Assembly (NCBI GenBank): GCA_014359405.1
Contig: JACIZN010000001.1
Coordinates: forward strand, 1 to 41,023
Length of the DNA: 41,023 bases
Reading direction: 5' to 3'
Source of the DNA: Candidatus Caldatribacterium oleiphilum
GTDB lineage: Bacteria > Atribacterota > Atribacteria > Atribacterales > Caldatribacteriaceae
This document shows positions 31,051 to 41,023 of this stretch, in pieces. Each line of letters opens with the position of its first letter. The stretch's first letter is position 1. The notes under the pieces are model-generated. The model was not told the origin of the DNA. It worked only from the letters and a program-made list of their open reading frames with translations, and searched no databases. The position numbers were made by a program, and so were the translations under genes.

Positions 31051-31510
31051 CGACGGAGATTTCCAGATTGTGGAGATGCGGACTCACCATCTACCGTACG
31101 TTGTGGCCATTGAGCGGCGGTCCTTCCCTCAGCCATGGTCGTACTCGCTCTTTCTCAGCGAGCTTTCCAACTGGGTTGCCTCGTACTTTGTGGCCCTTCT
31201 TGGAGGAAGGGTCATCGGGTACATTGGCCTTTGGATTCTCTGGGAGGAAGGACATGTCACCACCTTTGCCATCCATCCCAGGTACCGGGGTAGAGGTTTT
31301 GGGAAGAAGCTTTTCCAGTACGCTCTTGAGTATGCCCGAGCCTGTGGTTGCCGCCATGTTCTTCTTGAGGTTCGCATGAGTAACACCAGGGCTCAGACGC
31401 TTTACCGGAAGTTTGGCTTTCGGGTGGTTGGGGTTCGGGCAAGGTACTACGCTGATGGAGAGGATGCCCTCGTCATGCGGAAGGATTTCCTTTCGGAGGA
31501 AAAGCCGTGA
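31040..31510 (+). CDS. rimI: Ribosomal protein S18 alanine N-acetyltransferase
   Basis: IERRSFPQPWS, RGRGFG, LEVRMSN..AQ.LY.KFGF, YYADGEDA; GTG 31040. Confidence 0.92.
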   Translation: MLLSDGDFQIVEMRTHHLPYVVAIERRSFPQPWSYSLFLSELSNWVASYFVALLGGRVIGYIGLWILWEEGHVTTFAIHPRYRGRGFGKKLFQYALEYARACGCRHVLLEVRMSNTRAQTLYRKFGFRVVGVRARYYADGEDALVMRKDFLSEEKP

Positions 31511-32535
31511 AGCGTTTCCCTCTTGTTCTCGGTATTGAGACAAGCTGTGATGATACCTGTGTTGCGGTGGTGGACGGACACTTTGCGATTCTCTCTAACA
31601 TCGTTTCAAGCCAGATTGCGGTGCATCGGGCTTTCGGAGGTGTTGTCCCTGAGGTTGCCTCTCGAAAGCACCTCGAGGCTCTCCCCCTTCTCCTTCACAG
31701 AGCCCTTGAAGAGGCAGGGGTCACCCTCGAGGACATTGATGTCCTGGCGGTGACCCAAGGTCCAGGGCTTCTTGGAGCGCTTCTTGTGGGAATGTGCCTG
31801 GCGAAGGCTCTGTCTTTTGCCCTGCAAAAGCCCCTCGTTGGGGTAAACCACCTTGAGGGGCATATCTTCGCCGTGCGTCTTGAATACCCTGAGGTTTCTC
31901 CTCCTTTTGTGGCTCTTGTGGTTTCCGGTGGGCATACGGAACTCTTTGCTGTTTCAGATTGGGGGAAGTATACCCTCCTTGGGCGCACAAGAGACGATGC
32001 TGCCGGGGAGGCGTACGATAAAGTGGCACGGCTTCTTGGCCTTGGGTACCCCGGAGGACCGGTGATCGATCGCCTGAGCGAGAGGGGCAACGGAAAACGG
32101 TTTGCCTTTCGGAGTGGTCTTGAAGACGAGGAAACCCTTGATTTCAGTTTCAGCGGCTTAAAAACCGCGGTGGCGAGAACCTTTGCCCAGTTTACCCCAG
32201 AGGAGCAAAGGGATACCTCCCTCCTTGCTGACCTTGCGGCTTCTTTCCAGGAGAGCGTGGTCCGGAGCCTTGTGAAAAAAGCATTTCGGGCTCTGGAGTT
32301 CACAGGGTATCGGACTCTGGCTGTCGGCGGAGGGGTGGCGGCGAATTCCTATCTGCGAAAGGTTATGCAGGAAGAGGGAGAAAAAAGAGGGGTTCGGGTC
32401 CTTTTCCCGTCTCGGCAGTTCTGCACGGACAATGGAGCGATGATTGCGGCTTGTGGTCTTTTCCATTTCCTCCGGGGAAAAAGGGATACCCTTGAAATTG
32501 ACCCGATTCCCCAGCTCTCCCTTGGAGACGGGTAG
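31507..32535 (+). CDS. tsaD: t6A threonylcarbamoyltransferase TsaD
   Basis: GIETSCDD, GGVVPE.ASR.H, HLEGH, SGGHT, DDAAGEAYDK, FSFSGLKT, TDNGAMI. Confidence 0.98.
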   Translation: MKRFPLVLGIETSCDDTCVAVVDGHFAILSNIVSSQIAVHRAFGGVVPEVASRKHLEALPLLLHRALEEAGVTLEDIDVLAVTQGPGLLGALLVGMCLAKALSFALQKPLVGVNHLEGHIFAVRLEYPEVSPPFVALVVSGGHTELFAVSDWGKYTLLGRTRDDAAGEAYDKVARLLGLGYPGGPVIDRLSERGNGKRFAFRSGLEDEETLDFSFSGLKTAVARTFAQFTPEEQRDTSLLADLAASFQESVVRSLVKKAFRALEFTGYRTLAVGGGVAANSYLRKVMQEEGEKRGVRVLFPSRQFCTDNGAMIAACGLFHFLRGKRDTLEIDPIPQLSLGDG

Positions 32536-32544
32536 CTCTCGAGG

Positions 32545-32574
32545 TTGAATTCCTGGGAGTGTCTGCGGTATCAT
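32545..32574 (+). promoter_or_regulatory. Probable promoter of groEL-gua unit
   Basis: TTGAAT-18 nt-TATCAT. Confidence 0.5.
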
Positions 32575-32609
32575 TCTTGCATGTCTGAAGACGCAAAGAG
32601 GTGACTGTG

Positions 32610-34184
32610 GTGGCAGAGAATTTACTCTTTGGTGACGAAGCTCGTCGCGCCCTTGCACGAGGCATGCAGGCGCTTGCCCATGCAGTGCGAGTAACCCTTG
32701 GGCCCCGAGGGAGAAATGTCCTCCTTGAGCGGGGCGGTAACCTCCCTCTGTCAACAAGTGATGGTGTAACCGTTGCTCGGGACATTGTTCTCTCCGATGC
32801 CTTCGAGAATATTGGTGCGAAAATCCTTCAGGAGGTAGCAACAAAAACGAACGAAATAGCTGGTGATGGGACCACAACAGCAGTTGTACTTGCCCAGAAA
32901 ATGGTGGAGGAGGGTATGAAAGCCTTTCTCTCCTTCCATAATCCTGTGCGGCTTCGGAGTGGAATGGAGAAAGCTCTGAGGATTGCCCTTGAGAAACTGA
33001 GAGAGTGGAGTATCCCTCTCAATGATGAGCGATACCTCTTTGAGATTGCCTCTATTTCTGCTCGCGATAGTTTCCTGGGGAATCTCGTTGCTTCGGCTCT
33101 CAAGAGGGTGGGAAAGGACGGGGTTGTTACCGTTGAAGAGTCTAAGGTTGTGGACACCACTCTTGAGGTGGTCGAAGGAATACAGTTTGAGCGGGGTTTC
33201 CTGTCTCCTTACTTTGTGACCGATCCAGAGCGGAATGAGGTGGTTCTTGAGAACCCCTTTATTCTTGTTTCCGACTACAAGGTCAGGAGTGCTTCGACGC
33301 TTCTCCCCCTTCTTGAAAGGGTCTTCCAGACCGGGCGTCCCCTCCTTTTCATTGTTGACGAGCTCGAAGGAGAAGCCCTTGCCCTTCTTGTGGTGAACAA
33401 ACTCCGAGGGGTTCTCAAGGTTGCAGCGGTCAGGGCTCCAGAGTTTGGCGAACGGCAAAAGGAGATCCTTGGAGATATTGCGGCGCTTTCCGGGGGACAG
33501 GTTGTCCTTCAAGAGCTCGGCATGAAGCTTGAAAAGGTTTCTCTTGAGCTTCTTGGGCAGGCGGAGAAGGTACGGGTTACGAAGGACCGAACGATTGTCA
33601 TTGGTGGGAAGGGGAAAAAACAGGACATCGAGGAGAGGGTGCGGCAGGTTCGTAATCGAATTGAAAACTCCGATTCTGAGTACGAAAAGGAATTCCTGAG
33701 AAAGCGCCTTGCCCACCTTACCCAGGGTGTTGCGGTGATCCGACTGGGGGCACCTACGGAGGTAGAGCTCCGGGAGAGAAGAGAACGGATTGAGGATGCT
33801 CTCTTGGCAACACAGGCAGCTTTAGAGGAGGGTATCGTTCCGGGAGGAGGAGCAACCCTTCTCCATCTGGCGGAAGAGCTGAGAAGGAGTGCCATCTCCG
33901 GTGAGGAGCGTGTCGGGCTGCGTATTGTATGCCGGGCACTTGAAGAACCAGCGCGACAGATTGCTGAGAACGCCGGATACCAGGGGTCTCTCGTGGTGGG
34001 GGAAATGAGAAGGCGTGGAAGGAATGTCGGGTTCGACGTTCTGCAAGGTACCTTTGTGGATATGTTCGAAGCAGGAATCGTGGACCCCGTAAAGGTCCTT
34101 CGGGTTGCCTTGCAGAATGCGGTGAGCATGGCTTCGCTTGTGCTTACGACTCAGGCGATTGTTGCGGAGACTCCGGAAAACTGA
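32610..34184 (+). CDS. groEL: Chaperonin GroEL (divergent paralog, no GGM tail)
   Basis: VTLGPRGRNV, DGVT, AGDGTTTA, GFLSPYF, RIEDAL, EEGIVPGGG, GIVDP.KV; GTG 32610 after SD GAGGTG. Confidence 0.93.
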   Translation: MAENLLFGDEARRALARGMQALAHAVRVTLGPRGRNVLLERGGNLPLSTSDGVTVARDIVLSDAFENIGAKILQEVATKTNEIAGDGTTTAVVLAQKMVEEGMKAFLSFHNPVRLRSGMEKALRIALEKLREWSIPLNDERYLFEIASISARDSFLGNLVASALKRVGKDGVVTVEESKVVDTTLEVVEGIQFERGFLSPYFVTDPERNEVVLENPFILVSDYKVRSASTLLPLLERVFQTGRPLLFIVDELEGEALALLVVNKLRGVLKVAAVRAPEFGERQKEILGDIAALSGGQVVLQELGMKLEKVSLELLGQAEKVRVTKDRTIVIGGKGKKQDIEERVRQVRNRIENSDSEYEKEFLRKRLAHLTQGVAVIRLGAPTEVELRERRERIEDALLATQAALEEGIVPGGGATLLHLAEELRRSAISGEERVGLRIVCRALEEPARQIAENAGYQGSLVVGEMRRRGRNVGFDVLQGTFVDMFEAGIVDPVKVLRVALQNAVSMASLVLTTQAIVAETPEN

Positions 34185-34202
34185 AGAATAAAGGTGAGGC
34201 CT

Positions 34203-35363
34203 ATGGAGTACTTTCTGGGGAGGAACCGAAAGGCGCGGATGACCTTTGGTTTTGATGATGTGTCTCTTGTTCCCGGGAATGTCACCCTGGATCCTCGAGA
34301 TGTCGATATCTCCACCTCAATTGGGCCGGTAAGGCTTTCTGTTCCCCTCCTTGGGGCTGCTATGGATGGTGTGGTGGACCCCCGAATGGCGGTAGAGCTT
34401 GGGAAGCTTGGGGCGCTTGGGGTCCTGAATCTTGAGGGGATTTTTACGAGATATGAGGACCCGTATGCGGTTATTGAGGAAATCATCAGCCAGCCGAAGG
34501 AACAGGTTGCGGCGGTACTCCAGCGGGTGTACCAGGAGCCGATTAAGGAGAAACTCGTGGTACGATGCGTTGAGGAAATCAAGTCCCACAACGTTCTTGC
34601 CGCTGCTTCCGTTACTCCTCTTCGAGCCGAAACCATTGGCAAGAAGGCCATCCAGGCTGGACTTGACATCCTTGTGATTCAGTCCACGGTCACCACGCTC
34701 AGGTACTACTCCTCTTCGCTCCAGGCTTTGGATCTTGAAAAGTTCTGTCGCGAGGCCCCGATACCCATTGTGGTGGGGAACTGCGCAACCTATGAAGTGG
34801 CCCTTGAGCTCATGCGGGCTGGCGCAAGTGGAGTGCTCGTTGGTATCGGTCCAGGAGCGGCCTGCACGACTCGGGCAGTACTCGGTATTGGAGTTCCTCA
34901 GGTCACAGCTACTGTGGACGTTGCGGCTGCGCGGGAAGAGTACTTTAAGAGCACCGGACGATACGTTGCCGTCATCACCGATGGAGGCATGCGTGTTGGA
35001 GGGGATATTGCCAAGGCCATCGCCAGTGGAGCCGATGCGGTCATGATTGGCTCTCCTTTGGCGGCAGCAAAGGAAGCTCCCGGGCGAGGACATCACTGGG
35101 GTATGGCCACGCCCGATCCTGCTCTCCCCAGGGGGACTCTTGTCAGAGTTGGCATTAAGGGAACCCTCAGAGAGATTCTCTTTGGTCCAAGTACGGTCAC
35201 CGATGGCACCATGAACCTCATCGGAGCTCTCCGGGTTGCCATGGGGTCGCTTGGGGCTCGAAACATTCAGGAGATGCAGAGGGTTGAGATCGCGATTGCG
35301 CCAAGCATCTGGACTGAGGGGAAGCAACTCCAGAGAGAACAAGGCGTGGGAATGGGGCGATAG
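34203..35363 (+). CDS. guaB: GuaB3-family IMP dehydrogenase (no CBS subdomain)
   Basis: FGFDDVSLVP, AMDGVV, LNLEGI.TRYED, GIGPGAACTT catalytic Cys, DGG, HWGMAT. Confidence 0.9.
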   Translation: MEYFLGRNRKARMTFGFDDVSLVPGNVTLDPRDVDISTSIGPVRLSVPLLGAAMDGVVDPRMAVELGKLGALGVLNLEGIFTRYEDPYAVIEEIISQPKEQVAAVLQRVYQEPIKEKLVVRCVEEIKSHNVLAAASVTPLRAETIGKKAIQAGLDILVIQSTVTTLRYYSSSLQALDLEKFCREAPIPIVVGNCATYEVALELMRAGASGVLVGIGPGAACTTRAVLGIGVPQVTATVDVAAAREEYFKSTGRYVAVITDGGMRVGGDIAKAIASGADAVMIGSPLAAAKEAPGRGHHWGMATPDPALPRGTLVRVGIKGTLREILFGPSTVTDGTMNLIGALRVAMGSLGARNIQEMQRVEIAIAPSIWTEGKQLQREQGVGMGR

Positions 35364-35365
35364 GG

Positions 35366-36904
35366 ATGGACAAAATTGTCATTCTTGATTTTGGCTCTCA
35401 GTACACTCAGCTCATTGCCCGCCGTATTCGGGAACTGCAGGTGTACTGTGAGGTTTGGCCGTACCACCTTCGGGGCTGTCCCCCTCTTGAGCAACCGGAC
35501 ATCAAGGGTATCGTTCTTTCTGGAAGCCCCTACAGCGTTACGGATGAACGGGCTCCCCGCCTTCCTGAAGGAGTTCTGGAGAGTGGTAAACCTATCCTTG
35601 GAATCTGCTATGGCATGCAGCTTCTTGTGCATACCCTTGGGGGGAGGGTTATCCGGTCCCACAGTCGGGAGTACGGAAGGGCCCTTCTTTTTGTTCTTGA
35701 GCGCGGTGGGCTCTTTGAAGGACTTGGAAGTGAGCTGGTTTGCTGGATGAGCCATGGGGATAGTGTCAAAGAAATACCCGAGGGGTTTGTCTGTGTTGCC
35801 CGAACGGAAGGATGTGAGTATGCCGCCATTCGAGATAAAAACGGGAGAATCTGGGGCATTCAATTCCACCCCGAGGTTTCCCATACTCCCCTGGGGAAGG
35901 AGATTCTGGCGAATTTCGTCCTTGGCATCTGTGGATGCCGCCCTGAGTGGACTCCCGAGTCCATTGTGAAGCAGCAGATTCAATTCATCCGGAATGAGGT
36001 CCAGAAAGAGCGCGTGGTCTGTGCGCTGAGTGGAGGAGTTGATTCGGTCACCGCGGCAGTGCTCACGTACCGGGCCATTGGGGATCAGCTGAGCTGCATT
36101 TTCGTTAACAATGGTCTTCTCCGAAAAGGGGAGGCAGAGCAGGTCCTCTCGAACATGCGGGCACTCCTTGGGAAAGAGCGCGTCATCTATGTGGACGCTC
36201 GGGAAAGGTTCCTCGAAGCCCTTCGGGGGGTTGTGGACCCGGAGGAGAAGCGGAAGATCATCGGTCGGGTTTTCATAGAAGTCTTTGAGGACGAGGCGAA
36301 AAAACTCGGAAACGTGACGTATCTCCTCCAGGGGACGACATATCCTGACGTGATTGAGAGTGTCTCTGTGTGGGGACCGTCGGCACGGATTAAGACCCAT
36401 CACAACGTTGGTGGCCTTCCCGAACACATGCGCCTTAAGGTTCTTGAGCCACTTCGGTTCCTGTTCAAGGATGAGGTCAGGAAACTTGCCGCCGAGCTTG
36501 GCATTCCAGAAGAAATTATATGGCGGCAACCCTTCCCCGGTCCAGGTCTTGCGGTGCGGATTATTGGGGAAGTTACGGAGGAGAGGCTGGCGATTCTCAG
36601 GGACATGGACGCTATCATCGACCAGGAGCTTCGGAAATCCCCGATTTACAGGAAGCTGTGGCAATCTTTTGGGGTTCTTGTACCGGTGCGGAGTGTCGGC
36701 GTCATGGGAGATGAGCGGACGTACAAGTACGTGGGGGTTGTCCGAGCTGTGATGAGCGAAGACGGCATGACCGCCGACTGGGCACGCATTTCCTATGATA
36801 CCCTCGATGTCATTGCACGACGCATCGTGAATGAGGTAGCGGGTATTGGACGGGTGGTTTACGATATCACCTCCAAACCTCCTGCAACCATTGAGTGGGA
36901 ATGA
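35366..36904 (+). CDS. guaA: GMP synthase (glutamine-hydrolysing)
   Basis: DFGSQYTQLIARR, GICYGMQ, QFHPE, SGGVDS, KTHHNVGG, DITSKPPATIEWE. Confidence 0.99.
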   Translation: MDKIVILDFGSQYTQLIARRIRELQVYCEVWPYHLRGCPPLEQPDIKGIVLSGSPYSVTDERAPRLPEGVLESGKPILGICYGMQLLVHTLGGRVIRSHSREYGRALLFVLERGGLFEGLGSELVCWMSHGDSVKEIPEGFVCVARTEGCEYAAIRDKNGRIWGIQFHPEVSHTPLGKEILANFVLGICGCRPEWTPESIVKQQIQFIRNEVQKERVVCALSGGVDSVTAAVLTYRAIGDQLSCIFVNNGLLRKGEAEQVLSNMRALLGKERVIYVDARERFLEALRGVVDPEEKRKIIGRVFIEVFEDEAKKLGNVTYLLQGTTYPDVIESVSVWGPSARIKTHHNVGGLPEHMRLKVLEPLRFLFKDEVRKLAAELGIPEEIIWRQPFPGPGLAVRIIGEVTEERLAILRDMDAIIDQELRKSPIYRKLWQSFGVLVPVRSVGVMGDERTYKYVGVVRAVMSEDGMTADWARISYDTLDVIARRIVNEVAGIGRVVYDITSKPPATIEWE

Positions 36905-36917
36905 AGGTGGTCGAAAG

Positions 36918-40234
<3,317 letters not shown>

Positions 40235-40237
40235 GCG

Positions 40238-40549
40238 ATGTCTGGTCGGGTTTCTCTTGATGAAGTTCGCAAGATTGCTCAACTTGCCAAGCTCTCCTTC
40301 TCGGAGGAAGAGCTGATCCGGTTTTTCCAGGACATCAGTGGCATCATTGCCCATTTCGAAAAACTCAACGAGCTGGACCTTGAGGATGTTTCCCCAACGT
40401 CCCACATTTCCTGGAGCCAGCCCCCTATGAATCCGGACGAGCCGGTCCTCTGGCAGGGAAGTGACCTTGTGCTTGAGTGTGCTCCTCTTGTGGCAGATAG
40501 GTACTTTATTGTCCCTAAAATCGTTGAGAAAGAGGAGAAGCCATCATGA
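40238..40549 (+). CDS. gatC: Asp/Glu-tRNA amidotransferase subunit C
   Basis: V.KIAQLAKL...[16 protein letters not shown]; precedes gatA. Confidence 0.92.
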   Translation: MSGRVSLDEVRKIAQLAKLSFSEEELIRFFQDISGIIAHFEKLNELDLEDVSPTSHISWSQPPMNPDEPVLWQGSDLVLECAPLVADRYFIVPKIVEKEEKPS

Positions 40550-41023
40550 ATCTCCAGGAGTTTCGAAACTGTACAATCGAGGACTACCAGAATCTCTTTG
40601 CCCGGGGAGAACTCTCGCCACGGGAGCTCCTTACGATTTTCTTTGCGCGCATTCGTGAGGTGGATCCCCTTCTCAACGCCTTTCTCTTTGTCAACGAGGA
40701 GAGAGCTTTTGCCCGAGCGCAAAAACTTGAGGAGGAAGGAAAGGGTAGGGATGCTCGTCCTCCTCTCTGGGGTATCCCAATGGCCATCAAGGATAACATC
40801 TGCACTTTGGGAATTCCAACCACCTGTGGGTCTCGAATACTGGAAGGTTTCATTCCCCCCTACAATGCCACAGTCATAGAGCGCCTTGAGGCGGCAGGGG
40901 CTATTGTCCTCGGGAAGACCAATATGGACGAGTTCGCCATGGGGTCTTCCACAGAGAACAGCGCCTATGGTCCTACTCGCAATCCCTTTGATTTGAGACG
41001 AGTCCCGGGAGGGTCAAGCGGAG
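40546..41023 (+). CDS. gatA: Asp/Glu-tRNA amidotransferase subunit A (5' part; runs off the window)
   Basis: Manual translation from ATG 40546: ...[10 protein letters not shown]...[37 protein letters not shown]. Confidence 0.96.
   Translation, partial: MNLQEFRNCTIEDYQNLFARGELSPRELLTIFFARIREVDPLLNAFLFVNEERAFARAQKLEEEGKGRDARPPLWGIPMAIKDNICTLGIPTTCGSRILEGFIPPYNATVIERLEAAGAIVLGKTNMDEFAMGSSTENSAYGPTRNPFDLRRVPGGSSG

Noticed and set aside
32532-32563. CIRCE-like half sites upstream of groEL (TAGCTCTC ... GAGTGTCT)
   Set aside because: Spacing is far from the required 9 nt and both arms are degenerate; at most a relic

Overview
A housekeeping-rich, GC-rich (roughly mid-50s % by eye) chromosomal segment from what looks like a thermophilic anaerobic bacterium. 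Gene style and content resemble Atribacterota such as Ca. Caldatribacterium; this is an unverified inference. In order: a TrpX/COG2984-type ABC importer operon ending in trpB2; an archaeal-type GTP PEP carboxykinase; an FGGY kinase plus a flavin-reductase/rubredoxin fusion; a stand-alone 23S-5S rRNA unit with its own promoter and no 16S; murJ-lepA-hemW; rhomboid-CBS-pgk; a Mut7-C RNase divergent from a second FGGY kinase; rplM-rpsI; an ornithine/lysine racemase-like gene with argF, cdaA and a 38-aa 'mini-CdaR'; an EF-G paralog; acpS-nnr-alr-tsaE-tsaB-rimI-tsaD; a groEL without groES; guaB3-guaA-purA-ligA-gatC-gatA (partial). I saw no mobile element, CRISPR array or tRNA. I found no large novel system. 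The best signals are small: an unannotated TM-only CdaR peptide, two membrane-protein genes apparently starting at AUU behind strong SD sites, an unlinked rRNA operon, a Trp/indole salvage operon, a divergent solo GroEL, and an FGGY kinase with prolines in its ATP-binding motifs. Many starts were moved relative to the ORF track using SD position and family N-termini.
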